Shown here one piece after another: positions 40,261 through 53,689 of a DNA stretch of 64,000 bases. Source of the DNA: Tubiluchus corallicola. Lineage: Eukaryota > Animalia > Priapulida. Position 1 is the first letter of the stretch. Every line of letters begins with the position of its first letter. The stretch spans positions 642,159-706,158 of the forward strand of contig JAQGDQ010000079.1 of the NCBI GenBank assembly GCA_030141605.1, written 5' to 3'. The notes below the pieces were generated by a model. That model was given only the letters and a program-made list of their open reading frames with translations, was not told the DNA's origin and ran no database searches. The translations under genes and the position numbers were made by a program.

Positions 40261-40656
40261 GAGGGTCGGATTTTGACCTTTATGGGGTTCCCAGGCTAAT
40301 GAAATTATGTGGGGACCCCTCAAACGGAGTCACCCTCAAACTCACCCGCACCCGTCTTGAATACAATTTACTCGTGATATATTTTAGCGACATTTTCATG
40401 GCTTGAAGTAAACTTATTGCAAATTCTTTAAAGAAACTAAAACAGCTATCTTTTGTTTGTCAATAAAATATTCTTTAAGAAAAATATTTTACTATTAATT
40501 ATTATATTGTAATAAGCACATATTTCAACGCAACCATAATGAAAAAAAGACAGATTTCTTTTACCAAAATCTAATGTTACCAAAGCTTGAGGACTCCAAG
40601 CTTGAGTGGCCCTAAGCTGCAGTCTATACACTAACCTATAGGATAATCCGGCCCTG
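40261..40656. mobile_element. Possible hAT-like MITE remnant
   Basis: Imperfect short TIRs AGGGTCGGATT and AATCCGGCCCTG, with GGGGNCCC subterminal motifs. No TSD visible. Confidence 0.4.
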
Positions 40657-43600
40657 GCTGTGATCAATACGCTATTCCGCGGGTGGATTTGCAAATGCAT
40701 TTGTAATAATTAACACAAGATACTCAATATGCTCAATTAAAAAAATTTACATTTAATTTTGTTTTGTAATTGGTTAAACTTTACACTTTTACAAATATTT
40801 TTATACTTTTCAAATAATATTCATGTTTTTTTAATTGAATACATTTTAAAAAATAGTGTTTTGTATCTCACTTTAGTTCTTTATAGTTATATTTGTAAAG
40901 CAACCGACAATATTATCTTACTGTCAGTAAAAATTTAGTACGGTCGGCGAAACGTTGTGATTTAATTAGAAAATTTTTCATGTAAATATGACATCGTTGG
41001 CTAGCAATATTTTATCACTAAATGTTGACATGTATGTTGCTATCAACATAAATTTTATTAGAACAGATTTAAGACCGCTTATATTATAAACAAGCAAGTT
41101 AATGATGGACCATAAAGACAGTAGATTTTAATGTGTATTTTTCTCTTCGTTAGTACATTTTGAATTGCACATGCATTTGCTGATTCACTCAGTTACATTA
41201 CTGTTGAGAAGTCTATATTCCAAAGACTAGAAATTATGTACATACAAAAACTTACTGATTTGTATAGCATAAATGAGAATGCCTTAACACTGTTATTCAT
41301 CCTTAATAATTTCTCATCAATGATATATAATTGTTTTGTATAAAGTGGCTTGATTAGGTTGCCCTTGTTGTTAAACATTATAAGCTGCACAATGCATGTG
41401 TGTAAAATCTTCAATCATTTGTAAAAGTAGTCACCTCGTCCTTTTGCTTGCTAGGACTAGCCTAATTACAAAACTAGGCGTCTAGAGGTGATTTCAAGGT
41501 GAGCCACGCGTTATCTGCCTCTTTAATGGTCATGCGTCATTAGACTTAATTAAATTGTCTTTCACGCGACGATTTGGGTTTTCTGTTTTTGCAAATGTAA
41601 ACAATAATTGTGCTAACGTGGTACATGCATGTCAACTTACGGTTGTTATACGTTTTTCACCACGTTAGCTTAAACTTCAACGTTGTCAGTTAAATCGAAG
41701 ATTTGTTCAAACTAATCTCTATTAGGCTGACGCGAGACAGGTTACCTGACAGACTGTGATAAATTTCAATCTCTAATAAAATCTCTCATAGGTTTGAGTC
41801 ACAATTGCGAAATGAAGTATTATCAGTAATAATCCTGCGTTCAGCAACTGTACAAGAAAATACAGTAAATGTTTTATTTAATTCCATAGCATTTATATTT
41901 GTCTATATCGTGGTTTGACAACAGCTGAAAATAATATAAATAATATAATTAGGTTGGACCTGCTTTCAAGCAGCAGTAAACGCCGCACACCACTCGTATT
42001 TCCTTAATATTATTAAATTGTACACGTAAGCATAACTACTGCCCACTACGTTCGGAAGTTATATAACGCAAACATGTTTAAAAAAATCTAGATTAAATTT
42101 TGCTGCAGAACTTTCAAATCGCAACTTTGGTACTGCAATCTCTTTGCACCCTGTATGTACTATAATGGGTCTCTGAATTTTATTAACAACCACTGACATT
42201 TTGCCATCGAGAAAACACATAATCATACGCATTCAGATGGTTTACATTTGTTACTGTATAAGGAAAGATTTACGAAGTACGTATAATTGTCTTCTTTTTA
42301 CGGATGATGATTCTGGCATTTTTTCGCCAAATTTACCAAGTTTGCTTTCCTGTGGCAGTTTCGTGACTTATGACTTTGCTCACCTTATCTATTGTAGTCC
42401 CACCTTATCTATTTGCATTTTCAGAAATTGGCTGCTTTTACAAGTACCCGCTACTTTATCAAGGTTCAATTGCCTATCTGCAAAACTGTGAAACAGACAA
42501 GAATATTGCTGTCAGATTTTGTAGAGAGATTTACATCCGTAAAATTGAGCAGCTGCACACACTTTTCGTTTTATGCAATATTGCATTGTTCTTTACTGGT
42601 CTGATGTAAGTATGCTAAAAAATAGTTTACGAAAGGTCAGTGGAGATAGCTGCATCTTGTAGAGAAGGTTAAATGATGCAGTTCTCTCTTGAAAATTGTT
42701 ATTTGAATTAACCCTCTTGAACCCCGCTCAGTGGTAGCAGCGCAATTATGAGACTGATACTGAATATCTGTCGGGTAACTGCACTCCAGTTTTCTACTTT
42801 TTGCGGAAGAAAGCTGCTTGTTTCTGGTTGCAATTGGGATTTTTTCGAAATTCATAATATGCCTGTCACAATTAGTAGCAATAAAACACAAGTCTAAAAG
42901 TAGCAGCAGGCAGGAAAGCAATATCACCGACCACAGCTTTTTCACTAACGTTGCCTTATCGACCAAGGAAAGTGACTATTATCGATTAAAATCATTGATT
43001 GATTACACATAGTGTCTGTAAATAATATTGCAGACAACCAGGAAAAAGTCAGGTTTCTGTTGTACCTTACAATGGGGGGAAAACTACTAAAAATGGGGTA
43101 TAATTATTTGAGACAACCTGATTTATCAACTTTGCCAGTTTTGTCACAAGTATAATCTGCTGGCTCAAGTTACCGCTCTAAAGGATATGAACTGATGGTT
43201 AGATGTAGTTCGAAAGGTAATCCTATCCTATTTTTCAAACAATATATTTTCAGGTATTAGGTTGTTGCAGCTATCACAAAGTTTTATGAAGGACAAGAGT
43301 TTTATGAATTGAACAGACAGGCGATCGTTGCACTGTTTACATGACAGAAATAACCACGTTACTCTATGTGATTACCAACTATTCGGTTGCAAGGTCTGTA
43401 AGTGTAACCAGTTAATATTTTCTCTATTAATGAGCAAAATTTAACGGCAAACGTTTTAAGAAAAGTTAGCATCAAGCAATATTTTCATCTATGGGTGCAG
43501 AACCTACTTATGAGTTTCTATGCTGGAACTTTTATAGATCTTGTGCCTGTCTATCATGTAGTGCGACTCATGAAGGCTCTCTACGGGAAATGCTTTCACA

Positions 43601-44774
43601 ATAAGCTTATAATACTTCTGCAGAACGAAAATAAATAAACAAAACAGCCAATGCGAACTTGCAAAACGCAAACATGAGCTGCTTTGCCTCTGTTAACCAT
43701 GCAAATGATAAATTTATGCACAAAAACTTCAGGGGTGTTTCGCCCTCATAAATAACTAAATTTGTTTTATTTTGCAACACATGCACTAGTTTTAATTACC
43801 ATCGTTTAGTTATATTGCTGAATGACAGGTACTAAGGGCATAAACGGGGTGTGTGCTTTCAAGAATAACAGGAAAAGTGTGTTCTTGGCTGGCGCACGAT
43901 ATGATGCTTCTGTTTCTGCTCTGCAAAACACCACGGTTGTTGTTAAACAAACAGGTTTCCCAAAAATACTGTGAGCCAAATAAACTTGGCTGTAATTCAT
44001 ATTATTTACTTGTCATAACAGGACAGAGCGACAGAAGAGTGTGAGCATATGGAAAGTTAGAAGCACAAGTAGAAAAAGCAGATTTGGCTGGGTAGATTTG
44101 TTTCCCAGAAGAGTGTTTTCCTAGAAAATTTCTTGTCAGAAGATTTTTTGCCAGAAAAAATTCACAGAAAACTTTTTTGTCAGAAAAGCCTACTTCCTAA
44201 AAAAATTCCCAAAAGAAATTCCCTAAAACAAATTACGGATTTCGCTGGATGAAATTTGGAATACTTTTTCGTCTTGGGATGAGCAGCTTCCAAAAAACAC
44301 CAACCAAAAACGGCGGATAGACCTTGGTGAATACGCATAGTGTTCACGGATATATGGAAATAATCAACACGCAACACGAATCACGCATCACGCATCACGT
44401 ATTGCGTATTCATGGAGTGATACCTTAAGATATTCACAAATTTGTATAGCTCGCAAAGCCTTGGTGTTTTCTTTCATTTTCTACATTATTTATTAAACTT
44501 CAATTCAAATCCTTTGAAAATGAACAGAATTCCAAGTGACTAAAACGACTGAAATTATAGCAACAAAGTTTCAAAACAAAATATTTTTCAAAAACAGACT
44601 ACAAAAAACAAGATTGACCTCTTAAACTGAATTATACCATTAAAATTATAGACAAGATTGTACTTTCAACACTACGTCTTAATTACGCTGAAAGCTAATT
44701 ACGCTAACTTAATTACACGAGTGAATCCTTGACGGTAGGAAACCCAATGCTTTGGCAAAGAACCTTCAATATTG

Positions 44775-45288
44775 TAAGAGAAACTTTTTTATTAAAAAAC
44801 TTTGAAACATAAAAACGTTAAAATCATGACAAACGTTTCGACTGTACAGCTTAACAGTTATCTTCAATGCGATGAATTCATGTATGCACCATTCATTACT
44901 ATATTTGTGCCTCTGGGCATAAGGCTGATTTTCATAATTTTAGCATTGTCGCCAGAGCTACAAATAACTAGGATCTATTAATAAAAAAAAGCTTGTACAT
45001 GTATCCCAACAAACCTTTTCTTAATGTGCAAAGTAGTTCAATTCCATTAACTTTGTTTTCAAACACCTAACTATGGTTTTACTGTATAATTTTTTTTCAA
45101 CAAGTCTGTTTTGCTACATCATTAGCTTCTATGTGAATATATAATTAGTCATTTTAATGTACTGTAGGCTTTGCTCATAAAATTTATTTCGTCACACTGA
45201 AGATACTGCTAGGCTGTGCCACCGAAACGTTTGTCATGATTATAATATTTTTATGTTTTCGGGCTTTTTAATATTTTTTTTCTTTCAC
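44775..45288. mobile_element. Fold-back element with ~100-bp inverted arms carrying hammerhead-like cores (Penelope-like terminal repeats)
   Basis: AATCATGACAAACGTTTCG at 44822 is the reverse complement of CGAAACGTTTGTCATGATT at 45223. The arms read (C/T)TGAAGA-stem-GAAACGT outward. Confidence 0.65.
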
Positions 45289-45436
45289 ACTGCTATAGAG
45301 TGCCTGTGTAGGCTGGCTTGAACTAGCTGCTCTTCGCGTCTTCCTTCCACGTGCGTTCTAGGTGATCATGCTGGTCCACCTTGGATGTGTGCTCTCGGAG
45401 ACCGAAAATGGCGAGCTTCATTGGTAACTTTTTCTA

Positions 45437-45735
45437 TAAAGGAGGCAGCAAGAGGGAGGGGAGGAGAGAGACGGAGAAGAGATAGACAGAGAGGGAGGGA
45501 AATGAGAAGAGGAAAGAGGGGGAGAAAGTGAGGGAGCGGGAGGCAGAGAGGACGAAAGAAGGATGTAAGGGGAGAAACATGGGAGAGAAAGATAGTGGGG
45601 AGAGAGGTGGAAGGGTACGGAAAGAGAAGAGGAAGGAGGGAGGGAAGAAGAGAAAAAAAGAGGGAAAGAACACGAGGGAAAGGAAGGGGGTGAAAAGGGA
45701 GGGTGGCAGAGGCAAAGAGAAAAAGAGAAAACGAA
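45437..45735. repeat. Polypurine low-complexity tract
   Basis: Directly visible G/A-rich ~300 bp. Confidence 0.9.
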
Positions 45736-48700
45736 GGCTTATTTTCCTACTAAAATAGAACATCTTGCAATCAAAAATGGCTTTTCTGTGAATTTTTTTA
45801 GGAGAAACGAGTTAAACAGAAATTATTGCGATCACTAATAAAAAAACTACTTGGCGTGATTGCTAGGCTTTTGTGCACGGGTTATTATAACTAAAGCAAC
45901 ACACATTTTGATTTTTATAATATGAACAACAGATATCGACTGAAGGGTTGCAAATAAACAAAAACGTAAAAGAAAAGCAAACGAACTAAAGAAGGAACAA
46001 ACAAACGAAAAAGCTAAAGAAACTATGACAAGATTAATAAAAAAGTTTGTTTTGAAACGATTCTGTCTGTTACAGCATGTAGAAATAAACAACTTAGTTA
46101 CTTCTACTGAGAAACAAGGAAACCAAAATGCCCAAAAGAGTATAGTAAAAGGCTGTATAGCCAAAAGGAGCAATGCAAAAGTAGAGTCAAGTAGAAACTT
46201 TTCTGCCAAAAGTTCTTGCGCAAAGTTATAGAACACATCTAGCAGATTATCGTTAATTGACACTTTACTTAAACGTCTTGCAACCTAGGTAATTACCATC
46301 ATCACTCGTGTACTTGCTTTCTGCTAAAAAGATCAGAAATTTTAAACGAGTTATTTCGCTGATTAGTGATGTGATATTTTCAAAAAATGTTATTAACCAA
46401 TTAATAATTAGCTACTATACTGCTTTATTTAACACAAACTTGAATCATTATTCCGGATATAATTTTTAAATTCTTGAGTTTTTGTTTACTAAATCTCTTT
46501 TAGAATCAAGGAGCTGCGCCTTCTCCAGCGGGTCTATACAAATCACGGATTTGCGCACGATATGTACAAAATGCGGTTTCCACAGATATTTGTAGTTTAC
46601 AAAATTTCCAGTAAAATTGATATTCTGTTATCTTTGCCTAAATTACGAAATTAAGATTTTATATAATGCACGGAAGGCAAAAGAAGTTAAAAGAAAAATT
46701 ATGACGAAGTGGTAGCAAACAACGAAATATTGTTACTAGCAAAAATCCAAAAATTTATGCTTTTTCTGTACGCATTTTATTGATTTAAGTTCAGCATTTT
46801 GACAACATAATTGCAAGATTGTCGCAGGCAATCGCTAATTTCGCTCGTATAGATCGTCCGCGCTCTTTATTTTCGAAATAAAGTTTTAATTACTCTTTAT
46901 TTACCTTTCACACCGTGTTGCGTCACAGCAAACATTTTAGGCCGTCGGTAGCAGCTTTGGCTACATTCTGTGTACACCAGCGGCTACATGACATTCTCAG
47001 CAGAGGCAATGCCTTGTATTTGGGGTTGGACGAAATAATGGTAAGCATAATATTTGTGCAAGAAGGTTTTTTGCGCTTATCATAACACAGCGATCATGCT
47101 TACCGATTGGCACTGGAGATTGTCTTGTGAGTAGTCCTGTTCAGCAGCTCTACTTTGGCAAAGGTTGGTCGATTAAGACTTTTCAACATCTTGAGTCGTC
47201 TGCCGTTCTTAAGTGAAAATGCGAGTACCTGGGTAACTCGTATACAATCCGTTTGTGATTACGCACATTGTGATTAATAAACTATGATAAATATGATATT
47301 GTAAAACTTAAATAGAATTGTGATGCACTTAGAGACTGCATATACGTAATTGAAAGTGCGAGGTTTTGGACGATGCACAGTATATCTTAGAAGTTATTTT
47401 GTGAAAATATAAGTGACCGTGTGTCAGCGAAGACGTTTAATAAAAGAACAACGTTCAAGGAATAACGTTTAACATTTTGTTTCCTTTAGGAATATATAAT
47501 ACCGCATTTAATATTTTTACAGGTACGTTCAATGATATACATAGCAAACCCTATAATAAGTGCTATGTGAAAGTATGGATGTGCTAATACTTACATTTTG
47601 CATAAACTTTGCGGCAACTTCAAAGACTTCAACAGTAATCATTAGTATAATTGCAAAAAAGGTATCGCGATTGCGTTTCAATATTTCAATTTTAACAGAA
47701 TGGAATTTTATTTTACGCCCGTGATTAGCATTTTCAACTTTTGTGCATAGTAAGAGATGGATAGCAGTAATACATATATTCGCGCAGAAATTAAATAGCA
47801 TATGTATAATGACATGAAGGACAATAATTACGCTCAGTTGTGAATAAATCATTTTGTCAGATTTATATTTACAATTATTAATTTTGCTATACATCCGAAG
47901 AATGTCAAGGAACTCAGTACATGTTCGGTTATACAAGCTGTCTTTTTAGACAGTTGAGTGAAAATAATTATTGGAACTATAACGAACCATTACTCCAATA
48001 TTCCATATTTACTTCAAAACTTTATTTATAAACATTTTTAGATGTTTTGGAGGATTTCATAAACATTTCACTTAGACTGTATAAAAGGCATTGTGTCAGG
48101 CACATTGCACATGCATTGCTGGTGTTTATAAAAATCGTGATGGCCATTATACTACCTTGGGCTGTTGTTGTCGGTAGTAGGTCGAAAAAATTCAAAGTGG
48201 TAATTGGTGTAAATTTGGTTTATTGTTGCTGTTTTTATTATTAATGTTACAGCCTTTTCTGCTGTAGCATCGCCGCCGTCACTGTTGCAGCTGAGGCTGC
48301 TATTTCAGTGTGCAAAACTTATAATAGATACCTTCTTAGTTGCCTATGTTATAGTTCAAGTAGATAAATCAATTATTAAAATATTGTTTGGCTAACTGTC
48401 ACCCTGTGAAATACCTTCTGGCCGCCAAATTGATTTTTTGAACCAAAATTAACTAGTCACATGATTCACAGCCTTTCGGTCTACGTTTGTCATATCTACT
48501 CACAGATTAATGTGCAACGTCTAAATTTGTTGCACAAAATTAATATAATCAGCTGATACTTACTCTAGCATGAGCTAATTAGCATTTGCATATACTGATT
48601 AATAGTTTTGCAATTCAAACGCCCAGGGTTCGAATCAACGCTTATTCCCGAATTTTTCGCGTTTTTTCTTTCGGTCAAGTTAGATTTTACCAATTAATAA

Positions 48701-50460
48701 TAAATATAAAATAATTGTAGGTTTATTCTCTTACAACCACTTGGGCATAAAATGTGTTTTATAATCTCCTTTATCAATAGCCGTAAGCAGCTAGGGTTTC
48801 TCTAGTATCTGTCGTTGCTTTACTATCGACGTGGCCACCACATCTTGAGCATCTGTAAATAATAACTAACGTGGATTTTTGCAGAAAATTTTGATTGACA
48901 GGCACACTAATATTATTTTGCATTGCACATAATATGTGCAGTATGTGCTAGTTTGACTGGTATCGCACAGTTGATTGGCTGACAGCGAGTCATGGCCGCG
49001 CCATCTAGAAGTTGAAGTTGCTAACGTGTACAGCTACATGAACATTATTTGACTGTGTATTATCATTCATTAAATTTATGCGTTATATAGCACTTGCGCA
49101 TCTTGAAGTGATACTGTAATGTAAAATGCACTAGCTTGCTGACCAATCACTAATTAGCCAAACAAGTAAGCATTTGAATTACCAAATGCTTTGAGTGAGG
49201 CAATTGTTTAATGTGAACTGTAAATCTGAAAATAGGCTACTAAAATATGGATACCACAATCAGTTAATCTAAGGTATTGTATTATCTTACAGCAGCTTAC
49301 AAACCAAGGCTAAAACTTAAGCGTTAAACTCAAGTTTTCGTAATATTTCTGAAGTCTTTGTCGCCTTAGTCGATATTTAATCGATGTTTAAAGCGAAAAT
49401 TCGTTTTTCTTCACCATTTTTGTTGTTCTGTAGAGTGAAATTTTTATATTATGAAGTTTTATATGTCAGTCTATTAAACATAAGTCTATTTAGTTTATAT
49501 GTGCCACGTGAAATATTTGTGATCACTCCTCCATTGTGAGTAATTCATAATGACACTATCGCATCTAATTTATGGAAATTAGAACTTATGAGAAGTCTCA
49601 TTGGCAGAGTGTTACATTAGGTGCGATGCTAGCGGCACCTACTTTAAAGTGGTACATGGTAGACCCGATTATCTTTCGAACCAAGTGGTTACAGTGTGTG
49701 ATTAGAGACCGAAGTTAAGTAACGCGGAACCTGGTTAATAAATCGATGAATGTGCTGCCAGTAATGTAGTCTAAGGCTGATTCGTCAGCCGTGTTGCCTT
49801 GGCTGTTTACCTGGACGAGGGGATTTTACCTGCATCCAAACGTGAATAAAATACTTCTGCATGCTCTCATCTTAACATCTTTGTAATGCAATACCGCATA
49901 AATTAGCCAGATTTCGGTCCTCCGCAACTATCTATGTTAGATGCCCTTGCCTGTGAACGCTGAATCCCGGCTTGCAACGTTTCTAAACTGCACAAAACAT
50001 ATCCTTCGTGCACCTGTCATCAATAGTCTAATAAATTAGTAGGCAGAATGACAATGTGTTGACAAAAATGATTCATTTATCAATGAAACTAAAAAGACGA
50101 TTACTAGCATTAAATAAGTTCTAACGTGCTTAGCTGCAGTAATAAATTCCTGTGCATCTTTTGGTCTCTTTTATTTGAATTTGAACAATTTCTGAAGCAG
50201 AATTTTATTGTTAAGACATAATTTAGTGGTCTTTACCTATTAAAATTAATAACAGCAACTTCGTGTCTCAAATATAATATTTTCTGAAAAAAATTGAATG
50301 GTGCGAACAATTTGTTTATAATTTATTACCAAAAGTTTCAAGTTCAGATTATACAAAATGGCTGTAATTGGGGCAAGTAATTAAATGATAGTTTGTACCA
50401 AAACTTTTGTTAATAATTTAATAGACATATTAGCATATTAGTTAACACAAGTGAAGTACG

Positions 50461-50606
50461 AGGCTATAGAGATGATTTAAAATATACTAGTTGATATTTC
50501 TGAGCCTTTACAGGTTTCATAATCAGACAGAAATACAGGGTGACAGGAATCTGTAATATTACAGGAATATTACGATTTTAAAACTTTTAAATCAGCTCTA
50601 TAGCCT
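50461..50606. repeat. Short inverted repeat (probable MITE remnant)
   Basis: AGGCTATAGAGATGATTTAAAA versus TTTTAAATCAGCTCTATAGCCT (21/22 complementary). Confidence 0.6.
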
Positions 50607-52490
50607 ATTTTACTAAACTTTAGTTGAACACATGTCTTTTTTTCTTCTGATATAGTTGTGTACTGTTAGCTAACAGCTAGATGTGATACCTCTGCTGGAT
50701 CAAGCAAGACTGGTTCATAATATTATTCCCATGCCTCGGGTTAATTAACATTGATTGTTATGATAAAATACAGCAGTCGCGTACATGACTATGGCGCTAA
50801 TCTCTGCCTGTATTATTTTAAACAAATCTCTATGTCAACACTCGAGTTCAAACACCGACCGACACTTTAGAGCGCCGACGTTGCTTATGAAAATATCTAG
50901 TAAAGATACTGTATGTATTTATACATTCCATTTTAATATTAACCAGACACCATGGTTTATCATTTTGTGTTTTCATAAACCCAGACCGCTTTGAAAATGG
51001 GTTAAAAGTAAGCTTTTACCTCTAATTACTCCCCATGTGCATTGCATCGCATCTTAATTAAGTCGTTTACTCATAAATAAGGAGTTGTGCTTGCCTAACG
51101 CGTAAGGTGTTGGTTTTTTGTCTCGTACTGCGCAAGATTTTCATGGAGCTCAAAGAACGTCCGAAGTTGAAATTACAAATGAGCATATGTGTATAAGAAA
51201 TAAACTATGATTAGCCACTATTTACTGATATAAGCCAAACTATATACTATATGTATATACAGACCAGGCAAAATGACAAACTGTTTTGTCATAGTTTTGC
51301 TGCCTAGTATTGTATATCTTTCATTATCATTATCTTTTATAAATCCATTTTTATTATTATCAGCATTTCATGTGCTCGTTTTATGCATTCAAACAGTAAA
51401 AAGTTTTAGAAAGTGTAATCTGAATTGTGTTCTTTCGGAACTTTCTTTTCAACAGCTGGTATTTTTTCTTCTTATCATATGCCATTTCTTCTACAGGCAC
51501 TTCTGTTCTTCTTCAACGTTATGACAGCATTTTTAATTGATCATCCCTTTTCCTTGTATATTTGGTCAAGCTGTTATACTCACTCCTAACTTGCCTAATA
51601 GTCCAAAATTAAGAGCTTATTATCACATATTCAGAATTTTTAACAGAGGGAGCTTTTTTCCTCTATACAGTGTTCTAAGCACTATGTATGACTAACTGTT
51701 TCAAATGAATAGCAAAAATAAAATAAAAAAGAATTAGGTTTTCTGAATTAGGTTTTTGATTATACATTTCCAAGAAAGTGACAGTGTTTAAAGATACAGC
51801 TCTCTTAACAAGTCGTTTGGGTGTGTTTTATGATCTACAATTTTACTGTCGAAAGTTATCATAAATTTTGCGGTCGTGTATAAACTTCGACTTCTAGATG
51901 TACGAGCGCACTGTACATGACTCCATTAAAGATTCGAGTCACGGCCGGTGATTTGTTTTTACACAGTTTTACTAAATTACGATAGAAGTTCCAGGTACTA
52001 TCTGTATATATAATAACAGGCATTAACGATAGTTACGATACTCTTTGCACAATAGCGGACAGAAGCAAAATAATTAAGGACTAAAACAAACCCGGTAACA
52101 AAATAATAAACGACTATAACAAACCCACTGCACACAGTATGATATGTGCTGTCAAATATACATTTTGCAAACTTTCACAACGGATTTATTTTCTTAAAAT
52201 TTAAGCTCGCCATAAAACGTCCACCTCGTATAGTAGGAATGCGCTAAACAATGAGAGATGAAAGTCGTTTAAGTCCTTACTTTATATTAGTCAATGATTT
52301 CTACTACATTTAAGCTTTATCTTGCGCTATTATTATTATTTATTTGCAATTAATCTCACTTTACTGTATAGTAATCTTTTTTAATAACTTTGTCTATTTT
52401 AATTTTGTGATTTCACTTTTGTGTTTGAATATTAATACTTGGACCATAATGGAAACAATATTATGTGCCATGTATCCAAAGAAAACAATT

Positions 52491-52638
52491 TCTCTTCTCT
52501 TCTCTTCTCTTCTCTTCTCTTCTCTTCTCTTCTCTTCTCTTCTCTTCTCTTCTCTTCTCTTCTCTTCTCTTCTCTTCTCTTCTCTTCTCTTCTCTTCTCT
52601 TCTCTTCCCTTCTCTTCTCTTTTCTTCTCTTCTCTTCT
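52491..52638. repeat. (CTCTT)n pentanucleotide microsatellite
   Basis: Directly visible. Confidence 0.97.
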
Positions 52639-52922
52639 ATCCCTGTTCTATCATCAATAAAGACGCTGGTATTCTTTACTTCACTTACAGATTGCATATA
52701 CAGGTGATACCCGCCAAACAATTATAGTGGAGGCATAAGCATTCAATTTTCGAAACCAAATTTGGCTGAAACAAAAGAAATATGAAGAAGCATTGGACAG
52801 ATGTCTGAGATCCTTACATACCCTATACCTTCCCTAATTTCCCTTGTGATAAGCACATGTCTTTATTTTACTCTCAATAGCTCACACTGTAAAGTAAAAG
52901 ACACTGCTGTGATTATTGAATG

Positions 52923-52968
52923 TGACATGACAAGACATGACATGACATGACATGACATGACATGACAT
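52923..52968. repeat. (CATGA)n microsatellite
   Basis: Directly visible. Confidence 0.95.
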
Positions 52969-53274
52969 ACAGAATAATATGATATGATATGGTTTGGCAA
53001 GTCGTATGATTAAATTTATCTGCATGCGTGGTCAACTGATCTAAATCAGCTGTAAGCCAAGTCTCTGCTTCAAATCCAGGCAAATTTGCGACTTGTTTTC
53101 ACGTTTCGTTCCTTTTGTCAAAGCTTAGGTATAAAATTTTAATAAAAATCACGAAAACGATAAGTGCAAGGGACAGAGAAATACAAGGAAGAAAAGACAA
53201 ATGACGAAATAGGAGAGTAGGAAAATGATGTCAAAGGAAATAACAAAGAAAGAAGAATAAACTGGAAAGAAACA

Positions 53275-53689
53275 ATCGTAAAAGAAGAAGTCAAAAAAAT
53301 GCCCATAAATCTGGAAAATTCTTTATTTTTTTCAGGCGTTTTCGTCCCTCTCTGACTTCATCAGCTGCACAGAAACTACATATAAAATAAAGGTATATAA
53401 TACAAGGTACAATAATAAAAATTACAGATAAAATTGCATAAAACTATAAAATAATTTTGTATCCTTTATTTTACTGACATTGTACACTTTAGTTTTATCT
53501 GTAATTTTTATTATTGTATCTTTTATTATATACCTTTATTTTATATATAGTTTCTGTGCTGTGCAGATTTATCTGTTATTTTTATTATTGTATCTTTCTG
53601 TGCAGCTGATGAAGTGAGAGAGGGGCGAAAGCGCCTGAAAAAAATCAAGAATTTTCGAGATTTATGGGCATTTTGACTTCTTTTACGAT
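53275..53689. mobile_element. ~415-bp palindromic fold-back element with hammerhead-like cores in both arms (Penelope-like end)
   Basis: Arms are reverse-complementary over most of the length. Cores are CTGATGA-A-GTC-agagagg-GAC-GAAA (minus, 53364-53340) and CTGATGA-agtgagagaggggc-GAAA (plus, 53606-53630). Confidence 0.7.

Noticed and set aside
47105-47170. TGGCACTGG resembling the miR-183/263 5' end
   Set aside because: Similarity stops after 9 nt, and there is no convincing precursor hairpin.
49775-49790. GGCTGA-TTCG-TCAGCC tetraloop hairpin
   Set aside because: Isolated 6-bp stem with no C-G closing pair or larger ncRNA context; expected by chance.
52344-52727. ORFs with LLFSS or EEKRR repeats
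   Set aside because: Translations of the (CTCTT)n microsatellite.
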